Shown in pieces: positions 55,489 through 64,000 of a stretch of DNA of 64,000 nt. The first letter of the stretch is position 1, and each line of letters opens with the position of its first letter. Source of the stretch: Rhizomicrobium sp. (lineage in GTDB: Bacteria > Pseudomonadota > Alphaproteobacteria > Micropepsales > Micropepsaceae); assembly GCA_035570795.1 (NCBI GenBank), contig DATMKZ010000044.1, positions 282-64,281 on the forward strand. The letters run 5' to 3'. Below the pieces are notes generated by a model, which saw only the letters and a list, made by a program, of their open reading frames with translations, did no database searches and had not been told where the DNA came from. Position numbers and translations under genes: made by a program.

Positions 55489-58400
55489 GCTTCTCGGAGA
55501 CCTTCGTCCGGCGGCCGATCGCCACGGCGCTCCTGACCCTGGGGCTGGCGCTGTCGGGCGCTGTCGCCTATTTCCTGTTGCCGGTCGAGCCCCTGCCGAG
55601 CATCGACCTGCCCACCATCTCGGTGTCGGCCTCGATGCCGGGCGCCAGCCCCGAGACCATGTCGACCAGCGTGACGACGCCCCTGGAGCGCCATCTCGGC
55701 GTCATCGCCGACGTCGATGAGATGACCTCAACGAGTTCGGTCGGCTCGGCGCGCATCACCCTGCAGTTCAGCTCGAGCCGCAACATCGACGGCGCGGCGC
55801 GCGATGTGCAGGCGGCGATCAACGCGGCGCGCGCCGACCTGCCGGCGGCGCTGCGCTCCAATCCGACCTATCGCAAGATCAATCCCGCCGACCAGCCGAT
55901 CCTGATCCTGTCGCTGACCTCGGCGACCCTGTCGCCGGGGCAGATTTACGACGCCGCCTCCAACATCCTGCAGCAGAAGCTCTCCACCGTGGACGGCATC
56001 GGCCAGGTGCAGATCGCCGGCGGCTCGCTGCCCGCGGTGCGGGTCGAACTCAATCCGCGGGCGCTGTTCAAATACGGCATCGGGCTCGAGGACGTGCGTG
56101 CCGCGCTGTCGGCGGCCAACGCCAACGCGCCCAAGGGCGCCGTCGACGAGGGCGCGCAGCGCTACCAGGTCTATGTCAACGACACGGCCAGCAAGGCGGA
56201 CGAGTACCGCACGCTGATCATCGCCTACCGCAACAACGCCGCGGTGCGTCTTGCCGACGTCGCCGAGGTCGACGACAGCGTCGAGGACGTCCGCAACATC
56301 GGCATGTCGAACAACAAACCGGCCATCCTGGTGCTGCTGTTCCGCACCCCCGGCGCCAACATCATCAAGACCGTCGCCGCGGTGAAGGCGGCACTGCCGC
56401 AGCTCCAGGCGGCGCTGCCGCCCTCGATCCAGCTCGATATCGCCATCGATCGCACCGGCCAGATCAAGGACTCGCTGCGCGACGTGCAGCGCTCGATGAT
56501 GATCTCGATCCTGCTCGTCATGTTTGTCGTCTATCTGTTCCTGCGCGACGGGCGGGCCGCGATCATCCCCAGCGTCGCCGTGCCGCTGTCGCTGATCGGC
56601 ACTTTTGGCGCGATGTACCTGCTCGGCTACACGCTCAACAACCTGTCGCTGATGGCGCTGACCGTGGCGACCGGCTTCGTCGTGGACGACGCCATCGTGG
56701 TGCTGGAGAACGTCTCGCGCCACATGGAGGCCGGCATGTCGCGGCTCGAGGCCACCATCGTCGGCACGCGCGAAGTGGCGTTCACGGTGCTGTCGATGAG
56801 CATTTCGCTGATCGCGGTGTTCATCCCCATTTTGCTGATGGGCGGCATCGTCGGGCGGTATTTCAACGAATTCGCCATGGTGCTGACCATCGCCATCGTC
56901 ATCTCGCTGGTGGTGTCGCTGACCACGACGCCGATGCTGTGCGCGATCCTGGACCTGCACCGGCCGGACCGCCGCCAGGGTTCGTTGCTGCGGTTTTCGG
57001 AGCGCGCCTTCGACGCCGCGCATGGTCTTTATGCGCGCTCGCTGACCGTGGCCCTGCGCAATCCGGGCAAGATCATGCTCCTGCTGCTGGTCGCGATCCT
57101 GCTCAATTTCCTGCTCTACTACGTCGTGCCCAAGGGCTTCTTCCCCGACGAGGATACGGGCCAGGCGTTCGGCGGCATAAGGGCCGGCCCGACGATCTCC
57201 TTCCAGCTGATGAAGGACAAATTCATCCAGTTCATGAAGATCATCAGCCAGGATCCGGCGGTCGCGACCGTCACCGGCACGATCGGCGGCGGCGGCGGCG
57301 GGCCGCGCGGCGGTGCCACCAACACCGGTACGGTCTTCATCCAGCTTAAAGCTCTGGCCGACCGCGGCGGCCTCGGCACCGACGCGGTGATCGACCGCCT
57401 CAATACCAAGTTCGGCAGCATCACGGGTGCGCGGCTGTTCCTCACCGGCGGCCGCGACGTGCGCGTCGGCGGGCGACAGGGCAACGGCGCCTACCAGTAC
57501 ACCATCACGGCGGACACGCTCGAGGAGCTTGAAGAGTGGCTGCCCAAGATCACCGACGCCGTCTCGGACATGGACGAGCTCGACAGCGTCAATTCCGACC
57601 GCGGCGACAAGGGGCTCGAAGTCGCGCTCAAGATCGACCGCAACACCGCCGCCAGGCTCGGCGTCAGCGCCGCGCAGATCGACAACACGCTGTACGACGC
57701 CTTCGGGCAGCGCCAGGTGTCGACGATCTACAACGAGCTCAACCAATACCACGTCGTCATGGAGGTCGCGCCGGAGTTCTGGCAGAGCCCGGAAACGCTG
57801 AAGGACATATATGTCAGCACCTCCGGCGGCGCGATCAGCGGCACGCAGGCGACCGGCGCGGTGGCCGGCACGACGGATACCGCGCCCGCCGGCGGCACTG
57901 GCGGCGTGTCGGCGACCGCCAGCACGACGACGGCGGCGCCCACCGCGGCCGCCGTCGCTTCCGACGTCGTGCGCAACCAGCAGCAGAACGCGCTCGTCAA
58001 TAGCGCGCGCGGCGGCACCTCGACCGGTGCCTCGGTCTCGACGCAGCAGGAGACGATGGTGCCGCTGTCGTCGCTCGCCACCTACGGTCCGGGTACGACG
58101 CCGCTCGGCATCAACCACCAGGGCCCGTTCGTGGTCACCACCTTCTCGTTCAACCTGGCCAAAGGCGTGTCGCTCGGGCAGGCGACCGTCGCGATCCAGA
58201 AGAAGATGGCCGAGATCAAGACGCCGACCTCCATCCAGGGCATGTTCGCCGGCACCGCCAAGGCGTTCACCGACTCGATCAACAGCCAGCCGATCCTCAT
58301 CCTGTCCGCGCTGGTCACGATCTACATCGTGCTCGGCGTGCTGTATGAAAGCTACGTCCATCCGCTGACGATCCTGTCGACGCTGCCGTCAGCCGGCGTC

Positions 58401-58847
58401 GGCGCGGTGCTGGCGCTGCTGCTGTTCAAGGTCGAGTTCAGCCTGATCGCCATGATCGGCGTGATCCTCCTGATCGGCATCGTCAAGAAGAACGCCATCA
58501 TGATGATCGATTTCGCGCTCGATGCCGAGCGGCGCGAAAACCTCAGCCCACGCGATGCGATCTACAAGGCCTGCATGCTGCGTTTCCGCCCGATCATGAT
58601 GACGAGCTTCGCCGCCATCCTCGGCGCCATGCCGCTGGCGTTCGGCTTCGGCACCGGCGCCGAGCTGCGCCAGCCGCTAGGCATCTCGATCGTCGGCGGC
58701 CTGATCGTCAGCCAGATCCTGACGCTCTACACGACGCCGGTGGTCTATCTCTATCTCGACCGCTGGCGCACGCGCCGCAAGGCGGCGTGGGATCGCTGGT
58801 ACACGCATCTGATGGGTGACGACGCGCCGCCCGCGCCGGCGGAGTGA
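55485..58847 (+). CDS. mdtC: RND efflux permease MdtC with a low-complexity insertion
   Basis: [38 protein letters not shown] and [18 protein letters not shown]. Confidence 0.92.
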   Translation: MSFSETFVRRPIATALLTLGLALSGAVAYFLLPVEPLPSIDLPTISVSASMPGASPETMSTSVTTPLERHLGVIADVDEMTSTSSVGSARITLQFSSSRNIDGAARDVQAAINAARADLPAALRSNPTYRKINPADQPILILSLTSATLSPGQIYDAASNILQQKLSTVDGIGQVQIAGGSLPAVRVELNPRALFKYGIGLEDVRAALSAANANAPKGAVDEGAQRYQVYVNDTASKADEYRTLIIAYRNNAAVRLADVAEVDDSVEDVRNIGMSNNKPAILVLLFRTPGANIIKTVAAVKAALPQLQAALPPSIQLDIAIDRTGQIKDSLRDVQRSMMISILLVMFVVYLFLRDGRAAIIPSVAVPLSLIGTFGAMYLLGYTLNNLSLMALTVATGFVVDDAIVVLENVSRHMEAGMSRLEATIVGTREVAFTVLSMSISLIAVFIPILLMGGIVGRYFNEFAMVLTIAIVISLVVSLTTTPMLCAILDLHRPDRRQGSLLRFSERAFDAAHGLYARSLTVALRNPGKIMLLLLVAILLNFLLYYVVPKGFFPDEDTGQAFGGIRAGPTISFQLMKDKFIQFMKIISQDPAVATVTGTIGGGGGGPRGGATNTGTVFIQLKALADRGGLGTDAVIDRLNTKFGSITGARLFLTGGRDVRVGGRQGNGAYQYTITADTLEELEEWLPKITDAVSDMDELDSVNSDRGDKGLEVALKIDRNTAARLGVSAAQIDNTLYDAFGQRQVSTIYNELNQYHVVMEVAPEFWQSPETLKDIYVSTSGGAISGTQATGAVAGTTDTAPAGGTGGVSATASTTTAAPTAAAVASDVVRNQQQNALVNSARGGTSTGASVSTQQETMVPLSSLATYGPGTTPLGINHQGPFVVTTFSFNLAKGVSLGQATVAIQKKMAEIKTPTSIQGMFAGTAKAFTDSINSQPILILSALVTIYIVLGVLYESYVHPLTILSTLPSAGVGAVLALLLFKVEFSLIAMIGVILLIGIVKKNAIMMIDFALDAERRENLSPRDAIYKACMLRFRPIMMTSFAAILGAMPLAFGFGTGAELRQPLGISIVGGLIVSQILTLYTTPVVYLYLDRWRTRRKAAWDRWYTHLMGDDAPPAPAE

Positions 58848-58850
58848 CGC

Positions 58851-59570
58851 TCAGAGGTTCGGCAGGTTCTCGGTATCGGGCGCGCCGTTGCGGATTTCCG
58901 CATTGCGGTGCTGGCGATAGAGGCTGCGCGTGGTGGCGTAGAGGTCCACTGAGGTGCGCTCGATCTGGTCGAGCGAATCGACGTTGCGGGCGCGCAGGTC
59001 GAGGATCTCGAAGCCCTGGCGCAGGCCCAGCCACAGGGTGCTGTTGTTCCATTTCATGTAGGTGAACGGATCCATGGCGTAGTCGCCGCCGACGCCGACG
59101 AGGTCGCGCGGATTGCTCGGACCGGCGAACGGCAGCACCAGATAGGGACCTTCGCCGGCGCCCCAGACACCGAGCGTCTGGCCGAAATCCTCGTCATGGC
59201 CGGGTATGCCGATCTTGGCGGCGACATCGACGAGACCGCCGAGGCCGATGGTCGAATTGACGATCGTGCGGCCCAGCGTCTGGCCGGCGCGGGTGGTCTC
59301 GCCCTGCAGCAGGTCGTTGGCGAAAATCACCGGCGAATCCAGATTGCCCAGGAAGTTGTGCACGCTCTCGCGCGCCGCGCCCGGCACGGCGTGATTGTAG
59401 AACACCGCCACGGGACGGGCGACAGCGTGATCGATCTTCTGGTCGAACGCGAAGATCGAGCGGTTGGTCTGCTCGTAGGGGTCGTTCTGGCCGTTGGGAT
59501 CGGTCGCCGCGCAGCCGCTGACGCAGGCCGCGACCAGCAAGACGGCCAAGGAAGTAAGTGTCCGGTTCAT
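58851..59570 (-). CDS. mlaA: VacJ/MlaA family lipoprotein
   Basis: Lipobox VSGC, DPYEQTNR, NSTIGLGG, EDFGQTLG and GPYLVLPFAGPS. Confidence 0.92.
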   Translation of the reverse strand: MNRTLTSLAVLLVAACVSGCAATDPNGQNDPYEQTNRSIFAFDQKIDHAVARPVAVFYNHAVPGAARESVHNFLGNLDSPVIFANDLLQGETTRAGQTLGRTIVNSTIGLGGLVDVAAKIGIPGHDEDFGQTLGVWGAGEGPYLVLPFAGPSNPRDLVGVGGDYAMDPFTYMKWNNSTLWLGLRQGFEILDLRARNVDSLDQIERTSVDLYATTRSLYRQHRNAEIRNGAPDTENLPNL

Positions 59571-59674
59571 GCCCCTACCAAATCCCGTAAGATTTTAGAA
59601 TCGCCTACGCCTGCAAATATAACTCAGAATATTGGGATTGGTGCCCGAACCAGGCAAGGGGCCGCGACAATGCG

Positions 59675-60472
59675 TCAAATGCCGCCGTACCACTGGTATC
59701 CCTGGTCTTCCCAATAACCGCCTTTTCCGCCACCGATACGCTCAAAGCTTTCCACCAGATCAATGCGTTGGACATATTTGGGCATTTTGTAACCCAATTG
59801 CCTCTCGGCGCGCAGTCTTACAGGCGCGCCATGTTCGACCGGCAGGGTTGCGCCGTTCAGTTCGTAGGCCAGGATGGTCTGCGGGTGCGTCGCCTCCAGC
59901 AGGTCCAGGCTCTCATAGTAGAACGGCCGCGGGATGATGTTTCCGGCGGCATCAACGTCCTCCTCGCCGATCGGATCGGCGCAATAGAAGACGACGTACC
60001 GCGCCTCGGGCTTCGGCTTCGCCGTCGCGAGGATCAGGTTCAGGGGCGTGCCCTTCCATTCGCCGATGCAGCTCCAGCCCTCGACGCAATCGTGGCGTGT
60101 GATCTGCGTGCGGGACGGCATGGCGCGGATGTCGGCCATCGACAGCTTGAGCGGCTTCTCTACCAGGCCGCCGACCGGGATGATCCAGTCCTTGAAGCCG
60201 GCCGCCACATGGATGGCGTAGTCGTTGGTGCCCGGGTTGAGCGTGCCGTTGGCCCGGAACACCGGCGCGATGTCGGCCTTGGCAAACTCAGGCGCCAGGG
60301 AATGGCCGCCGGCGAACAGGCGCTGCGCCCGACGGGTGAGGTTCTCGACTTCGCCGAGCAGGCTCAGTACCCAAGGCCGCTCCGACAGGCTGGTGCAGCC
60401 GGCCAGGAACAGCGCGCTCGCCAGCGTGGCGCCGCGGATCAGGATATTGCGGCGGCTGTGGGCGTCAGTCAC
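59675..60472 (-). CDS. Molybdopterin-dependent oxidoreductase (sulfite oxidase/MsrP-like), Tat-exported
   Basis: SRRNILI Tat motif, HDCVEGWS, HPQTILAY, HGAPVRL..LGYKMPKY and GYWEDQGY. Confidence 0.88.
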   Translation of the reverse strand: MTDAHSRRNILIRGATLASALFLAGCTSLSERPWVLSLLGEVENLTRRAQRLFAGGHSLAPEFAKADIAPVFRANGTLNPGTNDYAIHVAAGFKDWIIPVGGLVEKPLKLSMADIRAMPSRTQITRHDCVEGWSCIGEWKGTPLNLILATAKPKPEARYVVFYCADPIGEEDVDAAGNIIPRPFYYESLDLLEATHPQTILAYELNGATLPVEHGAPVRLRAERQLGYKMPKYVQRIDLVESFERIGGGKGGYWEDQGYQWYGGI

Positions 60473-61397
60473 CGGCGCCCTCCTTTTCGATCCGGAAATA
60501 GCCCGTGATCATCGAGCGCAGGCCGTTGAGCGGCGCCGACACGAGGAGCGCGCCGATGTGGACGAAGAAGAATCCGAGAAAGCCGAACGCGACCAGGAAA
60601 TGGATGGTGCGCGCGCTCTGCCGCCCGCCGAACACCCACAGGAGGAACGGGAAAGCGCTGTCCATGGTCGGCGACATGGTGAGCCCGGTCAGCACGATCA
60701 GCGGCGCCAGGATGCACAGGACGACGAAATAGCTGATGCGCTGCAGGCCGTTGTAGTGCTTGGCGGCTTCGCCCCTGGGAAATTGCAGTCTGGCGTGGGT
60801 GACGATCTCGTGCGGCAGGTGCCGGATATCGTCGCCGGTCGGCAGCAGCTCCTTGCGGAAATGGCCGCTGGCGAGGACATAGGCGAAATAGGCAAGGCCG
60901 TTGATCACCAACAGCCAGGCGAACGCGAAATGCCACAATCGCCCCAGCGCGAGATCGGGCGATGCGGAGGGCAAGGTCGCCCATTCGGGGAAGCCGCGCA
61001 CGCTCTTGACGCCGTCCGTGTCGGAGGCGCCGAGCCAGCCGTCGCTGTTGAATTTCCACGGCCCGATCTGGGTCACGCCCCAGTAACGCTCCTGCGTGCC
61101 CTCGGCGGTCAGCGCGATGAAGGGATGGTCGAAATCGGCGCCATTGCCCCAATAGAGGGCGGGGTGGGCATTGAAGATCTGCAACCCACTCATCAGCATG
61201 ACCAGCATGCAGAGGGCGTTGATCCAGTGCAGCGCGCGCACCGGCACGGTGTGGCGATAGAACAGGTAGGACGGCTTGCGGGGTCTGCGCGGCTTGAGGC
61301 CGACGGCAGCACGGGCCCGGTCGGCGAAAGCGCCCCAGGCGGCGCGCAGCCCTTCGCCAACGTTCCCCTCCGTCGCCGGCCCGCTGGTATCGGTCAT
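60465..61397 (-). CDS. Cytochrome b/b6-domain membrane protein, partner of the Mo-enzyme
   Basis: RALHWIN..SGLQIFNAHP, WHFAFAW, YNGLQR and RTIHF..FVHI. Confidence 0.88.
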   Translation of the reverse strand: MTDTSGPATEGNVGEGLRAAWGAFADRARAAVGLKPRRPRKPSYLFYRHTVPVRALHWINALCMLVMLMSGLQIFNAHPALYWGNGADFDHPFIALTAEGTQERYWGVTQIGPWKFNSDGWLGASDTDGVKSVRGFPEWATLPSASPDLALGRLWHFAFAWLLVINGLAYFAYVLASGHFRKELLPTGDDIRHLPHEIVTHARLQFPRGEAAKHYNGLQRISYFVVLCILAPLIVLTGLTMSPTMDSAFPFLLWVFGGRQSARTIHFLVAFGFLGFFFVHIGALLVSAPLNGLRSMITGYFRIEKEGAGD

Positions 61398-61528
61398 CCG
61401 CCAAAACCCTGAATCGCGGCCGCAGCATAGCAGGCCTACAGCAGAATTCGCCGCAGTTGCCGATTTCGTTACAGGCTTTCAATATCGCCCGCAGGGGCCC
61501 GCCCAGAGGCTCAAACAGGGGAAATGCG

Positions 61529-62290
61529 ATGGCAAAGCTCGCGCGCGACGGTGTCGACATCTATTACGAGGTCCATGGCGAAGGACCCGTCATCCTGCTG
61601 ACGCACGGCTATTCCGCCACCGCCGGAATGTGGGCCGGTCAGGTCGCGCCGCTGTCGAAGCGCCACAAACTGGTCCTGTGGGACATGCGCGGTCACGGCC
61701 AGAGCGACTATCCCGCCGACCAGGCGCAGTACAGCGAGGAGGCGACCGTCGCCGACATGGCGGCGTTGCTCGATACCGTCGGCGCCAAGACCGCCATCGT
61801 CGGCGGCCTGTCGCTGGGCGGCTACATGTCGCTCGCCTTCCACGCGACGCACCCCGAACGTGTGCGGGCGCTCTTGATCATAGACACCGGGCCGGGTTTC
61901 AAGAAGGACGATGCGCGCGAAGGCTGGAACCAGAATGCGCGGCGCACCGCGGATCGCTACGAGAAGGACGGGCTCGGCCTTTTGGGCAGCGCCAGCGCCG
62001 AGCGCGCCACCGCGCGGCACCGCGATGCCACGGGCCTGGCGCGCGCCGGGCGCGGTATGCTCACGCAGAAGACCGCGCGGGTGATCGAAAGCCTGCCGCA
62101 TATCCAGGTGCCGTCGCTGGTCGTGGTCGGCGCCAACGATACGCCGTTCCTCGCCGCGTCGGACTACATGGCCGCGAAGATTCCCCGCGCCGAGAAGGCC
62201 GTCATCCCGGACGCCGGCCATGCCGCCAACATCGACAATCCGGCGGCTTTCAACGCCGCGATTGAGACGTTTCTGAATGCCCTAAAGTAA
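61529..62290 (+). CDS. Alpha/beta hydrolase
   Basis: LTHGY, WDMRGHG, GLSLGG and AGHAAN. Confidence 0.88.
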   Translation: MAKLARDGVDIYYEVHGEGPVILLTHGYSATAGMWAGQVAPLSKRHKLVLWDMRGHGQSDYPADQAQYSEEATVADMAALLDTVGAKTAIVGGLSLGGYMSLAFHATHPERVRALLIIDTGPGFKKDDAREGWNQNARRTADRYEKDGLGLLGSASAERATARHRDATGLARAGRGMLTQKTARVIESLPHIQVPSLVVVGANDTPFLAASDYMAAKIPRAEKAVIPDAGHAANIDNPAAFNAAIETFLNALK

Positions 62291-62294
62291 TTCC

Positions 62295-62384
62295 CCGTCA
62301 TGGGCGGGCTTGACCCGCCCATCTAACTTACCTGTTGCATAGGTGCACGAAGTTGGATGGGCGGCTTGAAGCCGCCCATGACGG
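62295..62384. repeat. CGTC-tagged REP doublet (second copy)
   Basis: CGTCATGGGCGGGCTTGACCCGCCCATCTAACTT, a 20-nt spacer, then AAGTTGGATGGGCGGCTTGAAGCCGCCCATGACG. Confidence 0.85.
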
Positions 62385-62431
62385 TTTAGGGTTGGGTTAA
62401 GTGAGATTGGATAGCTATTGGGAGTTCGTGC

Positions 62432-63214
62432 ATGGATCGCGTCAAAGGCAAGGTCGCTCTCGTCACCGGCGGCGCCAGCGGCATCGGGCGGGCCAGCGCC
62501 ATGTTGCTCGCCAAAGAGGGCGCCGCCGTCGTCGTCACCGACATCCAGGACGACCAGGGCAAGGACGTTGTCGGCGCGATCAAGAAGGCCGGCGGCGATG
62601 CGCTCTATCTGCACCACGACGTGGCGAGCGAAGAGGCCTGGATCGGCGTCGTCGCCGAAACCAAAGCGCGCTTCGGCAAGCTGCATATCCTCGTCAACAA
62701 TGCCGGCATCGCCATCGCCGGCTCGGTGCTCACCATGACGCTGGCCGACTGGCGGCGGCAGCAGGCGATCAATCTCGATGGCGTGTTCCTGGGCGTGAAG
62801 CATTCCCTGCCGCTGCTGCGTGCGTCGGGCGGCGGCTCGATCGTCAACATCTCGTCGCTGGCGGGCCTCAAAGGTTCGGCGACGCTGGCCGGCTACTGCG
62901 CCACCAAGGGCGGCGTGCGCCTGTTCACCAAGGCGGTGGCGATGGAATGCGGCGCGGCGCGCGACAATGTGCGGGTGAACTCGGTCCATCCCGGCATTAT
63001 CGAGACCCCGATCTGGCTCGGCATCGTGCCCGGCGCGAACCAGCCCGGCGCCAACGCGCCCAATCTCGATGCGATCTCCGAGACCGTGGTGCCGATCGGC
63101 GCCAAGGGCTTGCCGGAAGACATCGCGGCGGGCGTGCTGTACCTCGCCAGCGACGATTCGCGCTACGTCACCGGCAGCGAACTCGTCATCGACGGCGGCA
63201 TGTCGACACGGTAG
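62432..63214 (+). CDS. Short-chain dehydrogenase/reductase
   Basis: TGGASGIG, NNAGI, NISS, YCATK and NSVHPG. Confidence 0.92.
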   Translation: MDRVKGKVALVTGGASGIGRASAMLLAKEGAAVVVTDIQDDQGKDVVGAIKKAGGDALYLHHDVASEEAWIGVVAETKARFGKLHILVNNAGIAIAGSVLTMTLADWRRQQAINLDGVFLGVKHSLPLLRASGGGSIVNISSLAGLKGSATLAGYCATKGGVRLFTKAVAMECGAARDNVRVNSVHPGIIETPIWLGIVPGANQPGANAPNLDAISETVVPIGAKGLPEDIAAGVLYLASDDSRYVTGSELVIDGGMSTR

Positions 63215-63241
63215 ATTTCTCCCGGGCAGGGGGATCATGAC

Positions 63242-64000
63242 ATGACCGAAGCCGTACTGGGCCCGGCGCCGCGGCGCGCCACGCCATTCGCGCCCTATCA
63301 TAAGTGGGACCGCAATTTCTTTCTCTTCCTGGTGCTGGCTATCTGGGTCGGCGTCGTCATGGGTTTCGGCGGCGATATCCAAAATCACATCCGGTCGAAC
63401 GAGGCGGCCTATCCGTGGATCGTTCATGTCCACGCCGTGACCTTCGTCAGCTGGCTGGCGTTGCTTACGACGCAGGTTCTGCTGATCCGCACGAAACGGC
63501 CGCAGCTGCACTACCGGCTGGGCGCGGCGATGATATGGCTGGCGCTCTTCATGGTGATCGTCGGCCCGGCGACCGCGGTCGTGATGCAGCGTGCGGCGTT
63601 CGGCACCAAGGACAGCGATCCCGGCTTTCTCGCCATTCAGCTTGGCGACATCATCGGCTTCGCCGGTCTGGTGACTGCGGCCTATCTCACGCGGGGTACG
63701 TCCTCGGCGCACAAGCGGCTGATGCTGCTGTCGACGCTCTTCATCTCTGACGCCGGTTTTGCGCGCTGGCTGTCGCCGGATATCGCCGCGGCGCTTTGGC
63801 ATGGGTCCTGGCCGATGCTTGGGTTCTGGCCGTTCCTCGTGTCCACCTATCTGCCGAACGATCTGCTGATCCTGAGCCTGGGCGCATACGATCTCATCAC
63901 CCGCAAGCGGCTCTATCCGGCTTATGTCTGGGCTGTTGGGGCCGTGGCGGCGTTGCAGTTGACCATCGCCTACCTCTACACCATGGCGCCGTTCTGGAAG
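63242..64000 (+). CDS. Multi-pass membrane protein, partial (runs off the window; not in the ORF track)
   Basis: Open frame from ATG 63242: MTEAVLG..DRNFFLFL..HVHAVTFVSW..LHYRLG..AHKRLMLLSTL, with no stop before the window end. Confidence 0.75.
   Translation, partial: MTEAVLGPAPRRATPFAPYHKWDRNFFLFLVLAIWVGVVMGFGGDIQNHIRSNEAAYPWIVHVHAVTFVSWLALLTTQVLLIRTKRPQLHYRLGAAMIWLALFMVIVGPATAVVMQRAAFGTKDSDPGFLAIQLGDIIGFAGLVTAAYLTRGTSSAHKRLMLLSTLFISDAGFARWLSPDIAAALWHGSWPMLGFWPFLVSTYLPNDLLILSLGAYDLITRKRLYPAYVWAVGAVAALQLTIAYLYTMAPFWK

Noticed and set aside
1-64000. Prophage, IS, integron or CRISPR content
   Set aside because: No integrase, transposase, phage structural gene or regularly spaced repeat array was found by eye.

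Overview
GC-rich alphaproteobacterial chromosome segment (gene content suggests a Caulobacterales/Rhizomicrobium-like organism; inference) with about 48 densely packed CDSs. I saw no rRNA, tRNA, CRISPR array, transposase or integrase. Left to right: (1) a structured leader with a terminator/antiterminator pair, then a phosphonate-monoester-hydrolase-type sulfatase, ABC ATPase, ABC-permease/M1-peptidase fusion, TetR and formylglycine-generating enzyme; (2) a catabolic block (FAH, TauD, dienelactone hydrolase, P450, unknown protein, acyl-CoA synthetase); (3) a partial ligase-associated DNA-damage module; (4) a pectin/hexuronate locus (ExuT, hydratase, PL1 lyase, GH43, uronate reductase, LacI, KduI, KduD, TonB receptor) sharing five copies of a 14-bp palindromic operator; (5) an orphan SLOG + tandem SLATT membrane protein; (6) a Wzx/Wzy exopolysaccharide cluster with deacetylase, GH10, a divergent FAD-oxidoreductase/ATP-grasp pair and a Wzc whose kinase motifs are degenerate; (7) two IalB proteins, DedA, MdtABC (MdtA has an extra 4-Cys domain), MlaA, an MsrP-like Mo-enzyme with cytochrome b, a hydrolase, an SDR and a truncated membrane protein. 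Two families of intergenic palindromic repeats occur. All protein calls come from motif recognition by eye, not database searches.
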